This document shows, one piece after another, positions 13,444 through 27,424 of a stretch of 64,000 nt of DNA. The stretch is from positions 27,404,001 through 27,468,000 of the forward strand of contig OX597825.1 in assembly GCA_951406725.2 (NCBI GenBank), written 5' to 3'. The position numbers were made by a program, and so were the translations under genes. The notes beneath the pieces were generated by a model. It saw only the letters and a program-made list of their open reading frames with translations. It had not been told where the DNA came from and searched no databases. The first letter of the stretch is position 1. Each line of letters starts with the position of its first letter. The DNA is from Octopus vulgaris (Eukaryota).

Positions 13444-13467
13444 TTAAATTAAACTAGTTGCTTAGTA

Positions 13468-13680
13468 GGGTCGATATAATCGACTGGCTCCCTCCCCTAA
13501 ATTTCGGACTTTTGCCTCGAGTTGAAAAGAATTTATTGAGTAGTTAAGGTGGCGAGCTGGCAAAATTGTTAATAGGCCGGGTAAAATGCTTTGTGGCATC
13601 TCGTTCACTTTGACGTTCTGAGTTCAAATTCAGGTCGACTTTGCTGATGAACCTTTCCCAATCGATTAAATAAGTAGCAG
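13468..13680 (+). mobile_element. SINE family A/A' fragments
   Basis: GGGTCGATATAATCGACTGG...CCCTAAATTTC tail followed by a new head AAGGTGGCGAGCTGGC. Confidence 0.7.
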
Positions 13681-14620
13681 TATATGAGAGAGAGAGATAC
13701 ACGCTTCGTCAGAGTAAGTTAGTGTATTTATTATATGAGAATAACAATTTACAAAACTTCTGGCCATTTGTCTGTAGGTAAAAATCTGCATTTTAGAGAT
13801 TAAGCCCCTCCGACGTATACGGAGAGTATGGATAACAAAAATCTAGTCCATCATATACGGACAACAAGGCTAAAAACAATGACGTAGTTTTGATCATTGT
13901 AGCTTTCTGAAACATCCCTGCATTAGCATGTTATTTTAGTTAGGAAAACTTAGTAATCATTAACTGGGACAGATTCTATTTAAATATTGCAAGTTTTTCT
14001 ACGGTACGATGCATTAATAATAGTTTGCTTTCCTCTCCACGTAGCTTCCAAATGTCCAGTAAGAGGGGAACAGTAACTGGATGGTCAAAGCAATCATCCA
14101 AGAAACTCTAAAACTTTTCCACTTTAAAACTAGTGCTTAATAACTACAACTACATATTGTGAACGAAACGAGTTAACACGAAACTGAACTAAAACGACTG
14201 GAATGAATAATGAAGATACGTCGTACATATTAAGTTTGCCGAAAGCTCGCTAACATTTTACCGCAATCGCACTCGAACTGCAAGGCTAAAACTTTACAGC
14301 TTCAGATCTCAAGATCTTTATCAAGTTTCGTTAATTATGGTATTCATTCCTGAGAAAATCCATTCTATGTTCTTTTATGCCGCACTATATTTCATCCATC
14401 CAGGCTTTGCATTTCCTATCTATTGTTATCTATTCTTTGCTACCCCATTTGAAGGTAAGTTCAATGATTTTCATTATTAAACTCTTTACCAAAGCTTTTC
14501 ACCAAGCTATTGAATTCTCTGGAATTTTATAACATAATGCAATAATAGACGAGTCTCCTAACTTACCCCACCCACTCTCTCTTATCCACTCCTTTTTCGC
14601 CCGCCATACTCATATCTTAG

Positions 14621-14687
<67 letters not shown>

Positions 14688-14846
14688 GTACGTACATACA
14701 TATGTGTGTATGTGTGTGTGTGGGCACTGGTTTGCATGATCATATAAAATGTGTATATGTGGATAAATGTGGGTATTTTTATGTGCAAATATGTTTGTGT
14801 GCGTTTTAGCATGCGTATGTTGGTGTGTATGTATATAGCTATCCAT

Positions 14847-15117
<271 letters not shown>

Positions 15118-15543
15118 TTGCATCTTACTATCAGACTTTATAATCTTATATTCTCCTTTTTATATTTCTTATATATTCTTTCCATAAATACAAATCTATT
15201 TCTATAAGAGCTTATTGCTTTAGCAAGTCTTTGTTCACAAAATACTCTTTGCTTACTAAAGTGAATGATTTTTCGAAATTTCTCATATCTACATTGTTTT
15301 GTTCTCTCAAACATTCAGCTACTTGCAAGTTCTTAATCAAGAAATATCTATGTATCCTCCGGTTTATTTCTTTCAGCTTGTTTCTAAAGATAGCCAAAAC
15401 AAACAACGTTGGTTATCGTATTTGAGTGAAAAGAGTTTGTCTTATAATCTCTTCCGCTATTTTACTAAATTGGACCGCGAATAAACAAAATGAAGCGTAA
15501 AAGTTTATTTATGTTTTCCATCTTAATGTAACGACTAAAAATA

Positions 15544-16422
15544 TTAAAATATAGAAGTATGTTAATTTATTTTTTTGTTATATTTGGAAGTACAATATTA
15601 GTGTATTGTATAAACTGTTTTATCCTACATTTTCTTCCGTGTTTGTTTTTGAGGAGAATATGAAAAAAAAAGTAAAAGTTTGACATCGGAAGGTCATAGA
15701 AATGGCAAATACTCACATCCTCTATTTTGCGGTTTACATTCAAGAATTTGTATGTGTTGTACTTTAAAATATAGAAGTATGTTAATTTATTTTTTGTTAT
15801 ATTTGGAAGTACAATATTAGTGTATTGTATAAACTGTTTTATCCTACATTTTCTTCCGTGTTTGTTTTTGAGGGGAATATGAAAAAAAAGTAAAAGTTTG
15901 ACATCTGAAGGTCATAGAAATGGTAAATACTCACATCCTCTATTTTGCGGTTTACATTCAAGAATTTGTATGCGTTGTACTTTAAAATATAGAAGTATGT
16001 TAATTTATTTTTTGTTATATTTGGAAGTACAATATTAGTGTATTGTATAAACTGTTTTATCCTACATTTTCTTCCGTGTTTGTTTTTGAGGAGAATATGA
16101 AAAAAAAGTAAAAGTTTGACATCGGAAGGTCATAGAAATGGTAAATACTCACATCCTCTATTTTGCGGTTTACATTCAAGAATTTGTATGCGTTGTACTT
16201 TAAAATATAGAAGTATGTTAATTTATTTTTTGTTATATTTGGAAGTACAATATTAGTGTATTGTATAAACTGTTTTATCCTACATTTTCTTCCGTGTTTG
16301 TTTTTGAGGAGAATATGAAAAAAAAGTAAAAGTTTGACATCGGAAGGTCATAGAAATGGTAAATACTCACATCCTCTATTTTGCGGTTTACATTCAAGAA
16401 TTTGTATGTGTTGTACTTTAAA
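15544..16422. repeat. Tandem repeat, 4 copies of a 218-220-bp unit
   Basis: ATAGAAGTATGTTAATTT recurs at 15551, 15771, 15989 and 16207. Units differ by a few substitutions and homopolymer lengths. Confidence 0.97.
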
Positions 16423-17791
16423 GATGTCGCACCGATGTTTATTATATGAAGCTACGTTTATTTTTAACTATTTTCTCCCAGACAATAGTCAAAGATTTTT
16501 ACGTATTAACCTAAATTCTTATGGTGCCAGTTTTACTTCGTTAATATGTAACAAAAATTAACATCATAGTTGTTTACTTTTTATGGAATTCTAACCGCGA
16601 TGATCGAAAATTAAATGGAATCACACTCTGTTGTCAATAAAATTCACGTTATATTTCGCCTCTTTATGTTACCATCACCTTCCTTTGACATTGCAGAGAC
16701 GATCGAGAAAGTGAAAACTTGAGCAATGAGATCTCAAAACCTAAAGACATAAATTTCTTATAAATAATAACATGGAACGAAGCAGGGCATAGAGATTCGG
16801 GCAATATCAAACAATAAAATTCTTCAACAAGACACACTCTCACATACACTAAAACATACACATAAACACATTCAAACATGTATATGTGTATTCGCATGTG
16901 TGTGTTTGTGTGTGTAAATCGGACGTGGAGGCATTTGCAATATACTGTTCCTGGGGTTGTTGAGACTTTACAAATGTGCTCCATTTCAATTTCATATCTT
17001 TTATCTCCTTGTATTAGATATATAATATAATGAAGCAGGGGAAGATAATATATACACGACACACTGCTATTACATTTACAAGAGACTCAACTCTTTATAT
17101 CAAAGTGTCACAGTGAACTGTTACCAACACGAACTGCCAATCGCTCACAGTTCTTTAAAATAACAGCCCAGGCCAACTTTAGTAACATGGGTGTGGTCAA
17201 AATCCTTCCACATCACCCCTTTTTAAAATCAGACACCTCTATGTCCTCGTCATTTGAGAATTGAACGCCGCTCTAAATTTTAATATCTCTTACCTTTAAG
17301 TGTCTGTAAGGAATACATTAGTGTTCTCTTCTGTAGTATTTTCCTTCTCTTTGGCCCTTAGGTTCGGTATTACTCCACCTGGGCAGCGAGAAACTGGCTA
17401 CATCAAACCACATATTTGCTTTAAGTCGGCAAGAGTAAAGAAAAGTTCTCTGACGCCCAAATTCCCTTCTAGTCATCAACTACCTCCGAATGGCTAACAT
17501 TAATAGTTCGGCATACTAAGCATTGATAATTTTCGCTAAGTTTTCCTATGAGCCCGGATCGTAGTTTCCAGGATATTCTAGGATCATATTGTTCAACTTC
17601 AAGCTAGAAGAAAAGTCAACATTCACATTATCTTCTATGATCTAATGATGATAATATCCCTGTGATTGCACTTTATGACTTGACAGGACCAGCTCCTCTA
17701 TCCTAACGCCTCATATGAAGCAGGCTAAAACATCAAATTATACAGAGATCATCATCATCATCATCATCGTCGTCGTCATCATCATCATCAA

Positions 17792-17826
<35 letters not shown>

Positions 17827-19613
17827 TCATTATAGTCTATATTTTAGAAAGAAAATTGATGGTCTTTGTTTGATAGGTGTGAACTGGCTTTTCTAACAAT
17901 AAAGAGGTAAATATTTCAGAATACCATTCACTCTAAAACGTAACCTTGGAATAATTAGGGGTAACATTTATTTCAAAAAGACAAAGTTTTAAACGTCAAT
18001 TGCTCGAAATTTTGAGGAAACCTCAGTTCACTGTTGTGAAGCAAATATACTGTATCTGAAGATTTTAATAACCTTATATTTTAGAGAAAGATTAAATAAC
18101 TGAAATTATGCAGAATTATCTACGATTGAACTTGTATGCAGATCGGAGAAAACAAATATGTCGCAAATATATATAAAACAAAAGCAATACGTCAAAATAC
18201 CTTTATGCATAATCAAGGAAAATTATTTTTATTAATAGTAAATGAGAAAGTGATTATAGAAATATACTACAATTGAAATAACATAACAATTTCCCAGTGG
18301 GGAAATGCAAATACGAAATACATTAATGCGACGATATCATTTAGATTTTATTATTCCGTAAACATCATAGATATGCATATATGTACGTTTGTGTGCATGC
18401 ATCTATGGATACATACGCACGGACATAAACACTTACACGCACACCACAGACACACATATATGTATACATATATACGGTCATAAACACATACATACATGCA
18501 TAAATACATTTATACATTCATGCATATAGTAGAATCATTTTGAAATAGATTAATAAAATGAACTACGTTGAAAATTTGCTTGTTATTTTCTTGAAACATA
18601 AATATGATAATTACAATGTAATATCAAGTATATGTAATACGTTTCCCATTTAGGTTTCTTCCCATTTTTAGATTACAAATAATATGACAATGATCTTGGA
18701 TAAATACATGTGGAATGAGATGACTATATATTTATGGATGTCTGAATACAATGCAAACATATTTACCAAAATTGGTAAGGGAACAAAAAGACACACACAC
18801 ACACATACACATGCAAACACACGCACACATATGCATACATATTAGACGAAACAAACCAGCAGACACACACCGACAAACGGAAGTCTCAGGGCTAAAGAAG
18901 AAAGATGAATTTTTAATGTTTATATAAGGATTAACTAAAGTTTTGCATCATAAACACCAGAATTTCCAGTAGATTTCAGCTAGTCTTCCATAAACAACCT
19001 CGTGTATGTATGTATGTATATATATGTTTATGCTGATATATGTATGTATGTACATGTATATATGTACGTGTATATATGTGCGTGTTTGTATTTGTGGTGT
19101 GTGCGTGTATGCATGCGCGCTTATTAGTGCGTGATTAATTACTTATGATATTCATTAGATTAACTATATTGGTCATTGTACCTCCCAGCGTTTCGATATT
19201 ATTTTATATCGCAGAGCAGATTATTGAGAATTTGGCTGAGATTATATGAAGAGAAACTTATATGTTTCAAATCCCCACGTCTTAGGGGATAGCAAATGAA
19301 TTACATTTCTATATTGCCTATATGTATTAGAGGCGATTTATAACTGAGCAAGTTATTTATTTTTTGCCCTGCAGTTATGATCCTTGACAACTTGTAGAAA
19401 ACAAATTCAGCAAATGAGAAAATATGCAGCCAATCAATGAAGAGATGCAATTTCCAAGCTCGAGACATCTCAAGCATATTCTTTTATAAATATATATGTA
19501 TGTATGTAATTATTTGAGGGAATATTAATCCTAACTTACAGGGAAAACTTCAATTTAGAAACACAAATAAAATTTCACACAATATAATATATATATATAT
19601 ATATATATGTAAC

Positions 19614-19972
19614 ATTAGAAAAAACACCTTTTATGAATTCAAAATTAACAATTAAATTACATCATCTAGGAAATTACATATAATAGAAATATTAAAATTA
19701 AAATAACAATAAAATACCAATGATTAAGTAAATTGCAAAAAATTAATAAAAACGTATATCATTGGTAGAATAATATTATACCAATTATATACGTTTATAT
19801 ACCAATTATACCAATTATTACCAATTATATACGTTTTTATTATTTTTTGCAATTTACTTAATCATTGGTATTTTATTGTTATTTTAATTTTAATATTTCT
19901 ATTATATGTAATTTTCTAGATGGTGTAATTTGATTGTTCATTTTCAATTGATAAAAGGTGTTTTTTTCTAAT
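19614..19972. repeat. Long AT-rich inverted repeat (foldback)
   Basis: ~155-bp arms (19614-19767 / 19818-19972). The spacer is made of repeated TACCAATTAT units. Confidence 0.9.
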
Positions 19973-21406
19973 TTTTTATATATATATTTTTTATTTTTAT
20001 ACAGAAACATATTGTTACACACAAATATCTATATAATAATCTGATTGTTCGTTCGCCCGTTGTACATTAGTTAGTTAGAGAGGTGGAGGAGGAGGTGGAG
20101 GTGGAGTGAGTGAAAGAAGAGAGGAAGAAGTAAAAATAGTGATTAATATTAATATAGTAATGACAAACGGTTACGTGGATATGTTGAAGGTAGAGGCGAA
20201 GAAGTAGAAAATAAGACGATGGGAGAAAAAGAGGGAGAGAGAAGTGTTATCGACGTACATTGGAGTTGGAGAAGGAGCGCATATTACGCGGTTAAAACGT
20301 TAGCTGAAGGGAAATATAGATAGGGAGAAATAGACAGGAGAGGCTGTTATATTGGGAGCAAGAGAGAGAGAGAGAGAGGGGCAGAGTGCGGTGGTGGTGG
20401 TGGTGGTGGTGTTGGTGATGGTGGTGGTGGTGGTTTAGGTACTGCTGTAGGTTTGCTGATATTGAAAAATTTATTTGTGATTGTTAGTGAAATTTTTGTA
20501 ATTTTTCTTAACTTATAATATATTCTGTAAGCTGTAATTCTTCATTCACCGAATAGCACTAAGAAATAGTGGTAGTTTCAATAAAAGTTAATGAAAAGAA
20601 AAATATTTGGTCCATTGGACCAAGCTGGTAATTAGTGATATATATTGTCTCTGGTAGACCAAGGGTTAAGTAACGTTTCAGTATCAATCTCACCACCATC
20701 AGTATCCCTACCGTGATCCCAGGGTTTGTTTTACCTTCATATCTAACGACTTGAAAATATAAATATACAACACCACTGTCGATAGGAACGAAGATAATGT
20801 ATGCATTCCTGCTTATAACCACTTCATGTTGCTCATATTTTACAGATTGGAGATTTATGTATAGCTATAAGACAAATATTTCAAGTGAAATATTTAAATA
20901 TTTAAATAATTTCAACAACCAAAGATTAAATAAATATACATATATGTATAAACAAAACAACAAAATAAAAAATTGTGATATAAAAATTAAAACAAGAAGA
21001 AACAAAGAAGAAAATATAAATTAATTATTTGGCTAAATATTTAGTGAAACTTTACAAACTTATTTTTACACAGACAAAACTAATAAAATGAAATAATGTT
21101 AAAAAATAGAACAAAATTTTGAAATAAATTGAAAGAATCATTTTTAAAGAAATGTTTGTAATGAAAATTGAAGTGAAATATCTTGGGGCTAATGAATACT
21201 TAAAAGAGAAAAAAAGGGGGTTCTCGGTTTTGATATTCTGACACATCTATCCATAGAATTATATCCCAGTCAAAACATGTAGACAGAAAGAAGAATGAAG
21301 TAAACGTTAATAAACACACGCTAAACACCATTAGCAGTTCTGTAATTATGATAATAATGCAAAAAGTATTAATAATAAATAAAAGAGGTTTTTCTTCTTG
21401 CTGTTG

Positions 21407-21628
<222 letters not shown>

Positions 21629-22815
21629 GGCAAATTGATTAATGTTGACCAATTTCTCTTTATTTAATTTCTTGCCTCAAATTATATTTTGGCATTTTAA
21701 GTGATTCAGTAGATATTTTTCGCTTTATTTTTTGCTTTTCTTCTTTTCCATTTGTGAGCGTATTTGTGTGCGTCTGTGCGTACGTACGTGCATATGTGTG
21801 TATATATGTATGTGTGTGCGTGCGTATGTGTTTGATTACCAGACTTTAAGTGCGCTCCAATTCACCAGACCTATTCGTAAAATCTATACTCTGGTGTTTC
21901 AGAGTTTGAAGCAGACTTCGTATTATTAATACTAGCATCATTTATGTTTTAACAATTATAACGTGATTGAAAAGTCCTCCCATTTCCATATATTTAAATA
22001 AATTCTTCAGTATTATATTATTTACTAATTATTATTGCAACTAACTTGCCATCGAAAAATATATTTTCTAATTCAATTTGGATATTTTGTTTATAGTAAC
22101 GATTTTTAATTGCTGTTTACTGTATACGCGTCCCTAACAATACATTGAAGAATAAGTCACCAATTAGTAAAACCCTACTTGGAAAAAACTGAAAAGTTCT
22201 GAATGCACTGGAAAAATGAAAGAAGCAAAAGCTTGTAAAATTCATTCGCAATGACCCTTTCGTTACATATATTTGGCAGTTTTAGCTCATGACACTCAAA
22301 TTGTTTTCAAATTCTTACCAATGCAGTTTTTGATATTTTCCTGAAATATATAGTGTGAGTGATAATTCTTCAATTTTTGTTTATTAATAACATGGCGTAA
22401 TATTTTGTCATTAACGATTATTTAAGTTTGCTTCATTATTTAGTTTGATTATCAGGTTAGAAAAGTGTTAGTCAGAAAATAACTGATGTTAATGCTCCGC
22501 CTGACGATAATAACTTTAAAGGTTTTTCTTTAACTAAATTTATATTTCGTGAAATAACACTTGAAATAAATCTCTTATGTAAAACATTTAAGATGTTATC
22601 ATAGCTTGGTGTATGACAATTTTGAACCACAGAAAACATGACTAAATTTATATTAAATTATGAAGGAACTCGAATTGAATAAATATTAGATACTGCGGAT
22701 ATTCAGATGTACATTACGAATTTGTATGAGTTTAATATTCTTCGCTCAGGAATCATGAGTATATATACCAATTACACATTGTAAAGCATAAAAGTTTTCA
22801 CGCATACATTCCTGC

Positions 22816-22892
<77 letters not shown>

Positions 22893-25173
22893 ATATATAT
22901 AGGTATTATATACTTAGATTTATATATACACATGTGTGTGTGTGAGTGAATCTCCCTAACTGTACCCAACACAGTTTTAATGGACTTGTAAGAAACGAGG
23001 TGCGAACGTTATCTTCACGCAAGAATGATACCCATAAACCATTCCCCACGTGAGACACAACGATTCCGACAGTCATATTGCAGTTGGCTGACAGATTCTA
23101 CCGAACCCGGAAAAAGGAGAAAAGTACCGATGGGCTATGGCATCGTTCCTGTCGACCTTTTTGTTGTTTTTTTACACAGCTTATGTTGATACTTTGATAT
23201 AAGACACGAACCGATGTTATTTACATTACAGACACATCTCAGACCCTTATACTAAAAGCGGGCAACTAATAATATACTTAATTCATGACCACCTGAGCAA
23301 AATAACAAATGCTTATTTTTGATCGAGAGAGCACTTTTATAATTCCTTGTCGTGGTTTGATTGTTACCGTATAAGATTTGACGATTTTTATTTCAAATTT
23401 TACAAAAAATCAAATTGGAAATCTAACTGTATCGTTGGACAGAATATCTAGCGGTATTTCTCCCGACTTATTAATTTCGGAATTTAAATTTCACCGAGGT
23501 CAGCTTTGCTGTTTAGCATTCCGCGACCCGTAGAATCCACTACCACTCATGAACTAAAGTCGATAGTATAGATGAACCTCTTTCCTCAAAATTTTCTCAT
23601 TGGGCTATACATTAATACCACTTTAAAATAAAAAAAAGTATCTGCTTTAATATGTTAACTGAAGAAAACAAAGTAAGATAACAATCAAAGTGCAAGGTAG
23701 AAAGCATCGAAATACTTGTTTCAACTCTCTGTACATCGAGTTCAACTTTGCTGTTCATTCTTTCAGGACATCAAGGAAAGGTCACAGTTCAGTGTTCTTT
23801 TTGTTTTGAATTCAAATGATACCACAACCTACTTGGGTCCTCGACATAACATATCATTCATTTTAACACCTACATCTGATCCCTTCGATGCATTTAGCAC
23901 AGCTCAATTTGATGCAAACATTTGAACGAGGTCACTAGGATATCTTTGTTTCACCATCTAAGTAGATTCTGTGGATGTATAAAAGAGTTATTGGCACTGC
24001 TCTTCCTCATTACTATAATGTAAGAATAACCCTGATTAAAAAAGTATTCGTAGCATCAGTGAAAAAAGTATAAAATAATGTAATTTCATTTGAAAATCTC
24101 TTTCCTTTATCCGTCGGTAATACGGTACTATATTGATGCAAATATATGTGTATGTAGCTTTCTTAGATGTTAGACTCCGTCAAAAAACTTCACGCTCTTA
24201 CATATAAATCGGAAGGCAGTATGATATTTATTTGACAGCAAATTTTAGAGTAATTCAACTTGATTAAAAGTAGTGTACTGTAAGGTGGGAAAAATTCTTG
24301 ATTTGTTAAATGTATTCACACAGATTTAGATGTACGGTGAATTGACAGGAAATCTATATGACCATTTACTTGAGTCGATTTAATGAAACTGCATACGGAA
24401 GACATAATAAGATTCTCCAGAGAGTCCTCGGTCTAATATGAATTGTCAGTATTCTGTCATTTGGTGTGAATGCAGTTTTATTCATGTGTGAAAGATGTCA
24501 GTAGCTTCTGAAAGAAAATCTGTTTTTACACTGAACGACACTCTTGTATTTCTTTTTATGTTTTGTGTTTTTTTTTTCATTACTTTCAAGTAAGTATATT
24601 ATGTTTGGTAAAATGTTGGCTGTTAAACAGACAATCGTCAATGTATATCAATGAAGTTTATCCTAATGTCCACTGAAGACCTTTAATAAAAAGTCTGCTG
24701 GCTGTCACGCATCAACTATATTTACGGTCACTTTGTCTTGTGTTTAATGGTAATGTACATTTTTGTATATGAGGGGTTTTGTTGCTCAATGCGATCATCT
24801 ATTTTAAGGCTGTAAAATGTCATAACGAGATTTAAGTGCTCTATCTACTATTTAGAACTACACTCATTGGCCCCGAGGCTAGATAACTTGTAGCTGGTCT
24901 CCTATGTTTTACTGCCAAGCTCCATGGAAGATATGATGAACCAGGTCTAGAACTGAATTCTTGCCCTGGCGATTTCTTCGTTATAACAACGACGTTATCC
25001 AATGCGTCTTCTTGTAAAGACTGTAGAGTGTGTGAGAGTGTGAGCTTCCAAGCTCCCGCGCGCGCATTTTTGTGTGTTTGTATATGCGCGACCATTTGAT
25101 CAAGTCCCTTCCTTGCGAAAGAAAATGATCAATTCACAAAAATATCGGCATCTGCTCAATGATTAAAATATAA

Positions 25174-25216
<43 letters not shown>

Positions 25217-25217
<1 letters not shown>

Positions 25218-25590
25218 CTCTATATATAAACGGCAGTTTGTCTGTGCGTGTTTCTGTGTGTCTGTTTGCTTGTACCCTCACCCTGACCACGGCCTTTCAA
25301 CTGATTCTGATGAAACTTGACACACAATCCCAATGTCATAATTCAAAACTAACGCAGCCTCGTGATTTTGAAAAGTTTCCGCTTCTGAAAAAACACACAC
25401 AACGCCCGGTCTCGGGAATCGAAACACGATCCTCCGACTGCTAGTCCGCGCCTCCATCACTTTTTTAACTCTCAAAAAAAATTTACCATCATTTTTTATA
25501 TTTTTTATATATTTTTATATTATATACTATATATAAAATGCTTTATAGTTATTATCCCTTATAATACCTGAGCAACGCCGGGCGATACTG

Positions 25591-25594
<4 letters not shown>
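25217..25594 (+). mobile_element. Non-autonomous Helitron-like element containing a SINE-C head fragment
   Basis: 5' TC start (TCTCTATATATAAA..GTCTGTG), 3' hairpin CCTGAGCAACGCCGGG then ACTGCTA(T) in place of CTAG. 25390-25458 matches the SINE-C head on the minus strand. Confidence 0.6.
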
Positions 25595-25648
<54 letters not shown>

Positions 25649-26000
25649 ATTTTACTTGTTTTAGTCAGTCTTTTAAAGTTTTAAATAAGCACAATTAAAC
25701 AAAAACCAAAAAAAACAATCATTACTATAAAACATATTTGTTTATACTTTTACTTGTTTCAGTCAGTTTTATGTCTCTCTTTCTCTCTATCTCTCTATCT
25801 CTCTCTCTCTCTTGTGTCTATCTTTCTCTTTTTACGACGATTCGGCATAAGCTGATGTTAACCACACGTATATCTTAATTCCTGGGAGTCCTGAACCGAT
25901 CCACAACCCGTGTAGATATATACGTAGACACAACACAGATACATACACACACAAATATATATGTGTATGTATGTACGCATGTATGTATGAATGTATGTAT

Positions 26001-26040
<40 letters not shown>

Positions 26041-26370
26041 GAGGCCTTCTAAGTTGCTTCCAAAACATGGTTCCTAGTGCAGTTCCACTGCGTAGCATCT
26101 TAGGTGAGTGATTTCCACTATAGCCCCGGGTCAACTAAAGACTTATGAGTGGATTTAGTAGAGGGAGATTGAAAGAACTCCTGCCGTACATATGTATATA
26201 TCTATGTATGTCCTTATGCTTGTGCGTGATTTTATTTTTGTGCTTGTCCCCACCATCTTTTGATAAGCCTGTGCGTTTTTCTTTTCGTCCGTGTAACCTA
26301 GAGGTTCAGCAAATAGGAGGTTGTCAGAATAAACAAACAAATTTAGAAAATACGTAAAAGGTTCCATTTT

Positions 26371-26529
26371 ATTTACATTATTTACAATTGACGGACATTT
26401 ATCCTCATCTTGTTTGTTGTGAACACAAAGTTTCGGCTTAGATACCCTCCAGCCTTTATCAGGTGTCTTGGGGAAACTTCGAACCTGGGTTCTCATTCCT
26501 AAGGTATTTTTCGATGCTGTTGTTGTTGC

Positions 26530-26593
<64 letters not shown>

Positions 26594-26741
26594 GTTGTTG
26601 TTGTTGTTGTTGCTGTTGTTGTTGTTTCTGTTATTGTTGTTATTATTATCATTATTATTATTCAGGTCACTGCCTGGAATCAAATTCTGAATCTTGAGGT
26701 TAGTAGCCCGCGCACTTAACAACTACGCTGTATGCCCGTGG
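26371..26741 (-). mobile_element. Solo Penelope terminal-repeat unit: tRNA-like head + (AAT/AAC)n + hammerhead
   Basis: The head (26661-26741) matches 32074-32122 downstream of the GIY-YIG relic, the tail (26371-26417) matches 31559-31605, and a hammerhead motif lies at 26423-26466. Confidence 0.8.
26423..26466 (-). ncRNA. Minimal type I hammerhead ribozyme (mutated copy)
   Basis: ACAC-CTGATAA-AGGCT ggagggtatcta AGCC-GAAAC-TTT-GTGT. Stem I is ACAC/GTGT and stem II is GGCT/AGCC. The core carries G8>A, so this copy is probably inactive. Confidence 0.7.
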
Positions 26742-27331
26742 TTCGATTTATGCCTCCAAACCCTTCAATGCCGTGCCCCAGCATGGCCACATCAAATGAC
26801 TGAAATAAGTAAGACTGAAAAACAATTTCTTTGGTTTAATTCTAAAATCCTTCGAATTTTCGTAACAATTATTGATTTGTTTCTATACTATATCACAGTT
26901 CCTCCTTAGTTTATCTAAGTGCATGGATTTCGTTTTAAACCCTAAGTTCTGTGGATATGTGAATTACTTCTTCAAGCGATTATTTTTGTGTGTTTTCTAA
27001 CGCAGTTTTCATAAAGTCGTAATATTTTCATCTTTTTCTAAACTCAAATAGTAGTATTAAATTTCTACTTCTGTAATAACTCTCAGAATTATTTCATTCT
27101 TTTCCATATACTCAGTATTTTCATGTTGCCCAAGGTATTTTTCGACGATTTTTATTCTTTTCTTTTCACATTATTTCATAGTAGAATTTTTAGATGTTTA
27201 GAAATTTACGACTATGAAATTTTTCTACAATTATTAGGCATAGGAGAAATTTTTCGTCATATGTCTGTAAATTTCATCAATATTTTACTTTTCCATCAAA
27301 AACTAAACATATAATAGTAATAATAATAATG

Positions 27332-27422
<91 letters not shown>

Positions 27423-27424
<2 letters not shown>

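Larger units (their letters stand above)
26040..26822 (+). mobile_element. Decayed SINE family B interrupted by the 26371-26741 insert
   Basis: CCACTGCGTAGCATCTTAGG..GAGTGGATTTAGTAGA body lies before the insert and the CCCCAGCATGGCCACATCAAATGACTGAAA tail lies after it. Confidence 0.7.

Noticed and set aside
13800-14335. Possible piggyBac-like element starting TTAAGCCCCT
   Set aside because: No matching terminal inverted repeat found.
15544-16422. Possible CRISPR array
   Set aside because: Units are contiguous 219-bp copies with no unique spacers, no cas genes, and the context is eukaryotic.
17150-17760. Possible decayed RTE-like LINE 3' end before (CAT)n
   Set aside because: No convincing peptide motif could be read.
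26661-26741. Functional tRNA gene (also SINE heads elsewhere)
   Set aside because: Stems and boxes are degenerate and the sequences are embedded in mobile elements.
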